From contig NZ_VMDW02000090.1 of NCBI RefSeq assembly GCF_007644045.2, positions 7,762 to 31,761 on the forward strand: a stretch of 24,000 bases of DNA. The letters run 5' to 3'. Below the pieces are notes generated by a model, which did no database searches, was not told the DNA's origin, and saw nothing but the letters and a program-made list of their open reading frames with translations. Positions 1 through 9,600 of this stretch are shown one piece after another. The stretch's first letter is position 1; the number at the start of each line of letters is the position of its first letter. Both the position numbers and the translations under genes were made by a program. The stretch is from Vogesella urethralis. GTDB taxonomy: Bacteria > Pseudomonadota > Gammaproteobacteria > Burkholderiales > Chromobacteriaceae.

Positions 1-1458
1 GTGGTAAACATTGCCGAACTCGAACCCCGTGCCGTCTGGGAACACTTCCAGACCCTGTGTGACATCCCGCGCCCGTCCAAGCACGAGCAGGCGCTGCGCG
101 ATTACCTGAAGGGCTGGGCCGAGCTGCGCGGGCTGGAAACCGCCGTGGACGAGGTGGGCAACCTGGTCGTACGCAAGCCGGCCACGCCGGGCATGGAAGA
201 CCGCATTGGCGTGGTGCTGCAAGGCCATCTGGACATGGTGTGCCAGGCCAATACCGGCACCGAGCACGACTTTTTCAACGACCCGATCCGCCCGGTGCTG
301 AAAGACGGCTGGCTGATCGCCGAAAACACCACGCTGGGCGCTGACAACGGCATCGGCGTGGCGCTGGGCCTGGCCGTGCTGTCGGCTGACGATATCGCCC
401 ACGGCCCGGTGGAAGTGCTGATGACGCTGGATGAAGAAGCCGGCATGGGCGGCGCGCTGGGCTTGTCGCCGTCGCTGCTGCAAGGCCAGATGATGATCAA
501 CATCGATACCGAAGAGTGGGGCGAGTTCTACATGGGCTGCGCCGGCGGTATCGACGTCAACGTACGCCGCAGCTACGCCCAGGAAGCGCTGCCGTCCGGC
601 TACGCCGTGCAGCAGCTGGTGGTGTCCGGCCTGGTGGGCGGCCACTCCGGCGCCGACATCCATCTGGGTCGCGGCAACGCCAACAAGGTGCTGATCCGCC
701 TGCTGAACGAGCTGGCCGCGACGCTGCCGCTGCGTCTGGTGTCGTTCAACGGCGGTACCGCCCGCAACGCGCTGGCGCGCGAAGCCTTTGCCGTGGTGGC
801 CTACCCGGCCGCGCAGGCCGAGCAAGTGGCGGCCGCCATCGATGCCTACCAGGCGCTGATGCGCTTCGAGCTGGCCGGCGTGGACGAAGGCGTCACCATT
901 ACGGCCAACCCTGCCGCTGCCGCCAGCGTGATGGTGCAGGCCGATCAGGCGGCCATCTTCGCCGCGCTGCACGCCGCGCCGCACGGCGTGAAACGCATGA
1001 GCCAGCGTGTGGCAGGTGTGGTGGAAACCTCCAACAACCTGGGCGTGATTGCGATTGGCGATGGCAAGGTGTTTGCCAACCTGATGGTGCGCTCGCTGCT
1101 GGATAGCGGTTTCCGTAACCTGGCCGCCGAAATCGTGGCGCTGTTCCAGCTGGCCGGCTTCAACACCGAAACCGAAGGCGGCTACCCGGGCTGGGCGCCG
1201 AACCCGGCGTCGCCGCTGTTGGCGCTGTTCCAGCGCGTGTACCGCGAGCAGTTCGACGCCGAGTCGGGCGTACAGGTCATCCATGCCGGCCTGGAGTGCG
1301 GCATCATCGGCGCCAAGTACCCGCAGATGGACATGGTGTCGTTCGGCCCCAATATCCGTGGCGCACACGCCCCTGGCGAGCGCGTGGAAGTGGCCTCGGT
1401 CGGCCACGCCTGGCAGCTGCTGAAAGCGGTGCTGGCGGCGGTACCGGCCAAGGCCTGA
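1..1458 (+). CDS. pepD: aminoacyl-histidine (Xaa-His) dipeptidase PepD, M20 metallopeptidase family
   Basis: The 485-aa ORF is collinear by eye with E. coli PepD over its whole length: HLDMV, TTLGADNGIGVA, EVLMTLDEEAGMGGA, YMGCAGG, GGHSGADIH, GNANK, VVETSNNLG, IHAGLECG, GPNIRGAHAPGERV. The GTG at position 1 matches the PepD N-terminus length, but the upstream sequence is outside the window. Confidence 0.9.
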   Translation: MVNIAELEPRAVWEHFQTLCDIPRPSKHEQALRDYLKGWAELRGLETAVDEVGNLVVRKPATPGMEDRIGVVLQGHLDMVCQANTGTEHDFFNDPIRPVLKDGWLIAENTTLGADNGIGVALGLAVLSADDIAHGPVEVLMTLDEEAGMGGALGLSPSLLQGQMMINIDTEEWGEFYMGCAGGIDVNVRRSYAQEALPSGYAVQQLVVSGLVGGHSGADIHLGRGNANKVLIRLLNELAATLPLRLVSFNGGTARNALAREAFAVVAYPAAQAEQVAAAIDAYQALMRFELAGVDEGVTITANPAAAASVMVQADQAAIFAALHAAPHGVKRMSQRVAGVVETSNNLGVIAIGDGKVFANLMVRSLLDSGFRNLAAEIVALFQLAGFNTETEGGYPGWAPNPASPLLALFQRVYREQFDAESGVQVIHAGLECGIIGAKYPQMDMVSFGPNIRGAHAPGERVEVASVGHAWQLLKAVLAAVPAKA

Positions 1459-1500
1459 GTCGCCAGAGCTTTCCCCTGACACGGGCATCGCGCCCGTTTG

Positions 1501-1537
1501 CACCCTGTCCCTCACCCGGGCAGGGTGTTTCTTTTTT
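1501..1537 (+). terminator. Rho-independent terminator downstream of pepD
   Basis: CACCCTGTCC (1501-1510) pairs with GGGCAGGGTG (1518-1527) around a 7-nt loop, with one G-U pair. It is followed by TTTCTTTTTT (1528-1537). A second small hairpin, ACGGGC-atcgc-GCCCGT, lies at 1481-1497. Confidence 0.75.
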
Positions 1538-1726
1538 GGCGGCCGGTTTATTGCATGACGAGGTGATGCCAATAGGAGACAAAGCGGCAGCGACGTCATT
1601 TATAGATATCTGCGGCATGGCGATGGGCTTTGTTACAGTGCTGATTTGATTTAAATCGCATCAGGCATTTTAACTAAATCTATCGAAAGGGCGGTGCTTT
1701 GGCGCTGGACCCGACCGCTACCGACC

Positions 1727-3457
1727 ATGCCCATTCATCATCTCTCACGACCATGCGTTTACTGCTGGCTGCTTTGCCTGCCGGCACTCTTGGCACAGGC
1801 GCAAACCGGCCAGACCACCACCCCGGCCCAGCTCGACGCCCGCGAACAGCTGTTGCAGCAACAGCGCAGCACGCAGCTGCCACAGCCCGACGCGCCCGAT
1901 GTGCGCCTACAGCCCACAGCGCCGGTAACACTGCAACGCTACCAGCGCGGCGCGGCACCGTGCTTTGTCATCAGCGACCTGCGCCTGCAGGGCGACAGCG
2001 CCGACCTTTTCCCGTGGGCACTGGCGGCAGCCGACCGCGACAGCAACGGCGATGACGACCTGCTGGCGGGCCATTGCCTGGACGTGGCTGGCATCAACCT
2101 GGTCATCAACCGGGTACAGGCCGCCATCCTGGCGCGCGGCTACATCACTACCCGCGTGCTGGCCGGGCCGCAGCAGCTGGCGACCGGCGTGCTGACGCTG
2201 ACGCTGATCCCCGGCCGCATCCGCGACATACGCTACGCGCAGCCAGCTGCCGAGCGCCTGCACGCGGCCAATGCCTTGCCGATGCAGGTAGGCGATTTGC
2301 TGAACCTGCGCGACATCGAACAAGGGCTGGAAAACCTCAAGCGGGTACCCACGGCCGAGGCCGACATCCGTATCGAGCCGGCCACCGCCAGCGACGCCGC
2401 GCCGGGCGACAGCGACCTGGTGATCCAGTGGCAGCAGGGCAACCCGTACCGCCTTACCCTGAGCGTGGACGACGGCGGCAGCAAGAGCACCGGCCTGTAC
2501 CAGGGCAGCGCCACGCTGTCTTACGACCACCTGTTCACCCTGAACGACTTGTTCTACTTCACCCATAGCCAGGACCTGGGCGGCGGTGCCGACGGCGAGC
2601 GCGGCAGCGAAGGCGACAGCTGGCATTACAGCATTCCGTTCGGTTACTGGCTGCTGGCTTACAACGGCAGCAAGCATCGCTACCACCAGGCGGTAGCAGG
2701 CGCCAGCCAGACCTACAGCTACAGCGGCAAAAGCGAGACCAGCGAGCTCAAGCTCAGCCGGCTGGTGTACCGCAACGCGGTGCGCAAGCTCGGTTTGTCA
2801 CTCAAAGGCTGGCAGCGCAGCAGCAACAACTTCATCGACGACACCGAAGTCGAGGTGCAGCGCCGCCGCACCGCCGGCTGGGAGGCAGGTGTCAACTGGC
2901 GCGAGTTCATCGGCAGCGCCACGCTGGACGTCAACCTCGCATACCGCCGCGGTACCGGTGCCCGTAATGCGATGCCGGCGCCGGAAGAAGCCTTTGGCGA
3001 AGGCCGTTCGCGCCCACGGCTATACCAGGCCGATGCCCAGCTGGACGCGCCGTTTGCGCTGGGCGGGCAAAGGCTGCGCTATGGCCTGGCCTGGCGCGCG
3101 CAGTGGAACCGCGGCCCGCTAGTGCCGCAAGACCGCTTTGCCATCGGCAGCCGCTACACCGTGCGCGGTTACAACGGTGAAAACCAGCTCAGCGCCGAAC
3201 GTGGCTGGCTGCTGCGCAACGAGCTGGGCTGGCAACTGGCCGGTCAGGAACTGTACCTCGGCTACGACTACGGCCGCGTGGCCGGCCCCAGCGCCACGCT
3301 GTTGCTGGGCCAACGCCTGGCTGGTACCACGCTGGGCGTGCGCGGCCGGCTGGGCCGCCTGGCCTACGACGCCTTTGTCAGCCAGCCGCATGGCTACCCC
3401 GACTACCTGCGCGCCGCCCGCACCACCGGCGGTGTCAGCCTGAATCTGCAGTTTTAG
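1727..3457 (+). CDS. cdiB: TpsB/CdiB outer-membrane transporter (ShlB/FhaC/HecB family, Omp85 superfamily)
   Basis: The ORF is open from GTG 1694. ATG 1727 gives a plausible signal peptide (MPIHHLSRPCVYCWLLCLPALLAQA). It has a POTRA-like segment (FVISDLRLQGDS...INRVQAAILARGYITTRV...LTLTLIPGRI), the conserved loop-6 motif RYTVRGY, and a terminal aromatic residue (..LNLQF). It ends 14 nt upstream of cdiA. Confidence 0.9.
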   Translation: MPIHHLSRPCVYCWLLCLPALLAQAQTGQTTTPAQLDAREQLLQQQRSTQLPQPDAPDVRLQPTAPVTLQRYQRGAAPCFVISDLRLQGDSADLFPWALAAADRDSNGDDDLLAGHCLDVAGINLVINRVQAAILARGYITTRVLAGPQQLATGVLTLTLIPGRIRDIRYAQPAAERLHAANALPMQVGDLLNLRDIEQGLENLKRVPTAEADIRIEPATASDAAPGDSDLVIQWQQGNPYRLTLSVDDGGSKSTGLYQGSATLSYDHLFTLNDLFYFTHSQDLGGGADGERGSEGDSWHYSIPFGYWLLAYNGSKHRYHQAVAGASQTYSYSGKSETSELKLSRLVYRNAVRKLGLSLKGWQRSSNNFIDDTEVEVQRRRTAGWEAGVNWREFIGSATLDVNLAYRRGTGARNAMPAPEEAFGEGRSRPRLYQADAQLDAPFALGGQRLRYGLAWRAQWNRGPLVPQDRFAIGSRYTVRGYNGENQLSAERGWLLRNELGWQLAGQELYLGYDYGRVAGPSATLLLGQRLAGTTLGVRGRLGRLAYDAFVSQPHGYPDYLRAARTTGGVSLNLQF

Positions 3458-3471
3458 CCAGGAGCCGCACG

Positions 3472-3675
3472 ATGAACCAGCACTGCTACCGCCTTGTTTT
3501 CAACGCCCACCGCCGCATGCTGATGGCGGTGGCCGAGATCACCCCGCAACAGGGTGCCAATGCGTCAGCCACCCGTGCCCGGCCTGTAGTTGGCCGCCTG
3601 TCTGCGGCACTGCGGCCGCTGGTGGCCTGCCTGCTACTGGCCCACGGCGCGGTGTGGACGCTGCCGGCGGCGGCG
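3472..3675 (+). other. Extended signal peptide (ESPR-type) of CdiA
   Basis: MNQHCYRLVFNAHRRMLMAVAE resembles the ESPR motif of type V secreted proteins. It is followed by a basic region, a hydrophobic core (LVACLLLAHGAVWTL) and a PAAA|Q cleavage-like site. Confidence 0.75.
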
Positions 3676-6600
3676 CAGATCGTGGCTGACCCGGCGGTGC
3701 CGGGTAGTCAGCGCCCGACGGTGCTGACTACCAGCAGCGGCGCGGTGCAGGTCAACATCCAGACCCCGTCCGCCGCTGGCGTATCGCTCAACCAGTACCG
3801 CCAGTTCGATACCGGCGACGCCGGCACCATCCTCAACAACAGCCGGGTCAATGTGCAGACGCAAAGCGCCGGCTGGGTGGCGGCCAACCCGTGGCTGGCC
3901 ACCGGCAGCGCCCGCGTCATCGTCAACCAGGTCAACAGCCAGCACCCGTCGCTGCTGCGCGGCACGCTGGAAGTAGCCGGCCAGCGCGCCGAGGTGATCA
4001 TCGCCAACCCGGCTGGCCTGCAGGTGAGCGGCGCAACCTTTTTGAATGCCAGCCGGACGGTATTGACCAGTGGCACGCCGGTGATCAATGGCGGCAGCCT
4101 GGACGGCTACCGCGTCAGCGGCGGGCAGGTCAGCATCGGTGGCAATGGCCTGGATACCAGCGCCAGCGATTACACCGCCATTCTTGCGCGCAGCGTGGCG
4201 GCTAACGCCGGCATCTGGGCGCAACAGCTGCAGGTGGGCACCGGCAGCCAGGCGTATGCGGCGGACGGCAGCGGGCAGGGCGCGCTCGCCGCCAGCGGGC
4301 CGGCGCCGGCGTTTGCGCTGGATGTGGCCGCGCTGGGCGGCATGTACGCCGGCAAGATCGTGCTGGTCGGCACCGAACACGGCCTGGGCGTGCGCAACGC
4401 CGGCAAGCTGGTAGCCGGTGCCGGCGGTTTGCGGCTGCAGGCCGACGGGCAACTGCTGAACAGCGGCACGCTGGGCGCCACCGATGCCGCCGCCGACGTG
4501 CAGCTGCAAACCGGCGCCGTGTCCAACGACGGCACGCTGTCGTCGGCGCGCAACCTGCAACTGGACAGCAGCGGGCGGCTCAGCAACCAGGGCACTCTCA
4601 GCGCCGCTCGGCAGCTGACGCTGAACGCGGCCCAGCTCGATAACGCCAGCAGCGGCGCCATCGACGCGCAACGGCTGGCCATCACCACCGCTACCCTAAA
4701 CAACAGCGGCCAACTACGGCAAAGCGGCAGTCAGGTGCTGGCCGTGCAAGCCGGCCAGCTGCAGAACAGCGGCAGTATTGGCGCCTTGCCGGCCCAGGCG
4801 GCGCCGGGCAGCGGGGCGTCTGCCGGCGCTGGCAGCGGCAACGCCGAAGCGACGGTGGTGCAGCCGTTGCCGTTACCCGAGGTTGCCCCCGCCGCGGGCA
4901 GCAGCGTGCAAGCCGCCGCGCCCGAGGTGCTGCCGGCAGGCAGCATCCAGGTAAGCGGGCTGCTGGATAACCGTGGCCGCATCTTGGCCAATGGCGGCAT
5001 CGATCTGGCCAGCCAGGGCGGGCTGGTCAACCACGGTACGCTGGCGCTGCGGCAGCTGCAGGTGGGCGGCGAGCGCTTCGACAACAGTCAGGGCAGCCTC
5101 AGCGCGCAGGCGGCCAACATTGACACCCTCACCATCGGCAACCAGCAGGGCAAGCTGCAAATCCAGGGCGACGCCGTACTGCATAGCCAGGCCTTCGATA
5201 ATCGGGACGGCCAGATCGGCGCCGGCGGCAGCCTGCAATTACGCAGCAGCCAGCTGGATAACCAGCACGGCAGCGTGGTGGCCGGGCAGACGCTGACCGT
5301 GCAGGGCGAAGCGCTGGACAACCGCGCCGGCACGCTGGCCAGCGTCGGTGAGTTGCAGTTGCAAGCCGGTAGCGTGGACAACAGAGGTGGCCGGCTGCAA
5401 GGGGAAGCCGGCCTGCGTGTGCAGGCTGATGGCGTACTGGACAACCGCGAGCACGGTCTGTTGAGCGCTGCTGCGTCACTGGTGGTGCAAGCGGCTAGCG
5501 TGCTGAATCAGCAAGGCGAGATGGCCGCTGCCCGTGTGCAGGCGCAGAGCCTGGGGGGCTGGCAAAACGCCGAGGGCAAACTGCTGAGCCAGCAGTCGCT
5601 GTACTTGCAGGCGGCCAATCTTGACAACCAGGCGGGCCAGATCCTGGCGGGTCAGGATGGGTCGGTCATGGCCAGCGGCACGATACGTAATCAGGTTGGC
5701 CGTCTGCAGGCGGCCCAGCGCTTGCAGCTGCAAGCCGAAGAGGTGCAGAACGGAGGCGGGCTGCTGGCCGGGCAAGCATTGCAGCTGGAGAGTGGCTCGG
5801 GTGGGCTGGATAACCGCGGTGGCAGGGTGCTGGCCGGCCTGCAAGGCGGCCAACTGGCAGGTAGCGGGCTGAACAATACGGCGGGCGTCATCTACAGCGA
5901 CGGCGCTTTGCAGATCGACACTCGCGGCCAATTGCTGGACAACAGCGCCGGCGGCCAGTTGCAAAGCCAGGCCGCGCTGCAGCTGGACACCGGCTTGTTG
6001 GATAACCGCCAGGCGCAGCTGTTAGCCGCCGGGCCGCTGAACGTGCACGCCAGTGCGCTCGACAACCGTGGCGGGCAAGTGCAATCGGCGGCCGGCATTA
6101 CCGTGCAACTGGCCGCGGCGCTGCATAACGAAGACGGTTTGCTGCGCAGCAATGCCGGCCTGCGTGTGCAGGCCGATCAGCTGTACAACCAGCAGACCCG
6201 GCACAGCGACCGCGGTATCGAAGCCGCTAGCATCCAGTTACAAACCCCGCACCTATTCAACCAGCAAGGGGCGCTGCGTGGCGATTACCTCACCTTGCGG
6301 CTGGGCCAGCTGGCTAACCAGCAAGGCGAGCTGAGCGCCCGGCAGCAACTATCACTTAGCCCGGACGATGGCGCTGAGCTGCACATCGATAACGACGGCG
6401 GAACGCTGCAGGCCGGCGACCGCCTGCATCTGCAAGCCACCGGCTTGCAAGGGCAGGGGCGGCTGCTATCGGCGGGCGCGCTGAACTTGCAACTGGCCGG
6501 AGATTTCCGGCATGACGGCCAACTACAAGCCGGTACGGACGCCCGGCTGTCCATCCACGGGCGGCTAAGCAACGCGGGTAGCCTGCAGGCTGGGCGTCAA

Positions 6601-9600
6601 TTGCGGATCGAGGCGGCGGCGCTGGACAACCGGAATGGCGCCAGCGTGGCCGCCGATGAAACCCGGCTGGACATTACCGGGCAGCTGGATAACCGCGGTC
6701 TGATCGACGGCCGGCTCACCCGCATTACTGCCGGCGTGCTGGCGAACGATAGCACCGGCCGCATCTATGGCGACCGGCTGGTCATCCAGGCACGGACAGT
6801 GCAAAACACGGGTGATGGCCATGCCGCACCGGTGATTGCTGCCCGGCAACAGCTGGACATCGCAGCCGGCCAGATCAGCAACCAGGAGCAAGCCCTGATC
6901 TTTAGTGGTGGCGACATGGTGTTAGGCGGTGCGCTGGATGCCGCCGAGCGTGCCACTGGTCAAGCGGGCAGCCTCGATAATGCCAGCGCCCGCATCGAAA
7001 CGCTGGGGCAACTCACGCTGGCGGTGGATACCTTGCAGAACCGCGACACCCACCTGCAATACCAGTATCAGCCCGGGCCGGTGTCCCGCACGGTGACCCA
7101 CTATCTGAATGGTGTGGCCCTTGACTCGGCCGGTCTGTTGCTAGCCAAGTGGGAGGGGGATGGCATTGCCTACGTCCCTCCTGAGCAGACCGACTGGCTG
7201 GGGGATGACGACTACCGCAAGCTGCTGATTCTTTCGCCGCGCTACCCGCTGTCCCGCTTTGCCGCTTACTACCAGCACTTCCCGGCGCCGAGCCAGGATT
7301 ACAGCTACACCAAGTGCCGCAAGGACGAGAACTGCACCACCACCCAGGTAGGTGGCGCCTGGTACGGCAACAGCGACCCGATCTGGGCCACCTTTGGCGT
7401 ATTGCCCCCTCCGGGAGAGCCGCCGCTGTCGGCAGATAACCCGGGCCGGCGCTATGCCGGTATTAGCCTGGGGCAAACCAGCTACAGCGTTACCATTGAC
7501 CCGCCCCCGGAAAAAGGCTCGGCCATCCGTACCCTGTACTTCGACCACCCGGTTACCCAGCAAGAGTTGCAAGAATGGCAACGTTGGTCCGCTTGGCATG
7601 ACAACGAGTATGTCCCGGCGCATGCCAAGCTGGATGCTGCGATCGGCGAGTTCGCTCCCTTGATTTCCACCAATGCTGCGCCAGTCCGGATGCTGGATGC
7701 CGGTGCACAATGGGTAGACAACTGGCGCTACCGCGACAGCACCAGCAGCACGCAAACGCCGGTAGTGAGTGCCACGCAACCTGGCGAAATCGTGGCGGGT
7801 GGCGACCTGTCGATTACCCTGGGCCGCAGTGGCAGCAACCACAGTCGCATCCTGGCCGGGCAAAACCTGGTCGTGACAGGCGGCAAGCTCGACAACATTG
7901 CCTTGCAAGAGGATGCCATCACCGACATCCAGGGGGTCGATGTTTACACCCATGTCGAGAGCCGACGTTTCAAAGGAGATGTGCGTCGCAACGACAGCAG
8001 CCCGTTTGCCAATACCGAACGCCACGCGGTGGTGCTGCAGCAAGGCATCAGCCAGGCGCACCAAGCGTGGCAAGACGGCCATGCCGCCCCGTCGGCGCTG
8101 AGTTTGCTGTCGGCACCCTCTGGCGACGCCATGGCCGCGCCCGGCCACGTCAGCGTAACCGGGCAGCAAACGCTGCCGGGCGTAACCGAGCTGGCCCTAC
8201 CGGCATCGGTCAACGGCGCGCTGGACGTCATCCGTACCGGCGGGCTCAGCCTGACGCTGCCGCGCAGTCGCCTCTATCTGCAGCAGCCAGAGCGTAGCGC
8301 CAAGGTACTGATACAAACCGACCCGCGCTTCACCCAGTATGGCAAGTGGCTTAGCAGTGATTACATGCTGAGCCAGCTGGCCAGCGACCCTGCCGCCAGC
8401 CAAAAGCGCCTGGGCGACGGTTTCTACGAGCAAAAGCTCATCCGCGACCAAGTGGCACAGCTTACCGGCCGCCGCTTCCTGGATGGCTACGCCAGCGACG
8501 AAGCACAGTATCGCGCGTTGATGGACAGCGGCCTCACCTTTGCCCGCCAGTACGGCCTGCGCCCTGGGGTGGCGCTCAGCGCCGAACAGATGGCACGGCT
8601 CAGCAGCGACATCGTCTGGCTGGTCAGCGAAACCCTCACCCTGCCCGATGGCAGCCAGCAAAGCGTGCTGACGCCACGCCTTTACGTCCGGACCACGCCG
8701 GGCGACCTGCAAGCCGACGGTGCCTTGCTCTCCGGCGACCGAATCAACCTTACCCTCGCGGGTGACCTCAACAATAGCGGCAGCATTGCCGGGCGGCGCC
8801 TGGTAGACATCAAGGCGGCCAACTTCAGTCAGCAGGGTGGCCAGCTCAGCGCGGCAGATATCCAGGTACAAGCCAGCCATAACCTTCACAACCTGGGCGG
8901 CCAAATCGGCGCCAGCAACAGCCTGCAACTTCACGCCGGCAACGACCTCACCCTGGCCAGCACCACCCGGCAAGCCGACGGCGTCAACGACCAGCGCACC
9001 TATCTGGATCGAATCGCCAGCCTGTACCTCAGTGGCGGCAACGGTCTGCTACTGGCCAGCGCAGGCGGCAATCTCACACTGCAGGGTGCCACCATCGTCA
9101 ACCAGGCGGCCGCCGGCCAGACCCTGCTACAGGCCGGCAAAGATCTCCAGCTCGCCACCCTCACCACCCAAAGCAGCCACCAGGCGCAATGGGCACCCGG
9201 TAACGCGCTGCAGGAATCGCAACAACAGGACAATGGCAGCCAGATCAGCAGCCAGGGCAGCCTGTACCTGCAAGCCAGTGGCGATGTGCACGCTACGGCG
9301 GCCAACGTCAGCAGTGCGCAAGGCCATCTGGGCCTGCAGGCCGGCGGCAACATCCAGCTCGATAGCGGGCAAAGCCGGACGCAGCTGGACGAAACCCACC
9401 ACAACAGCCAGAAGGGCCTGCTCAGCAGTCGCAGCACCACCACCCGCGACACCTTGGACCAAACCCAGGCCATCGGCAGCCAGCTATCAGGCCAAACCGT
9501 CAGCGTCAGCGCCGGCAAAGACCTGACCGTCACCGGCAGCAGCATCGCCAGCGACCTGGCCACCACCCTCAACGCCGGTGGCAACGTCACCCTCGCCGCC

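Noticed and set aside
516-1106. 196-aa Arg-rich plus-strand ORF and other small ORFs within pepD
   Set aside because: These are off-frame translations of a clearly identified pepD coding sequence.
1630-1656. Possible sigma-70 promoter for cdiB (TTGTTA-15 nt-TTAAAT)
   Set aside because: Both hexamers match only 4 of 6 positions and the spacer is short. The AT-richer 1540-1726 region probably holds the promoter, but I cannot place it.
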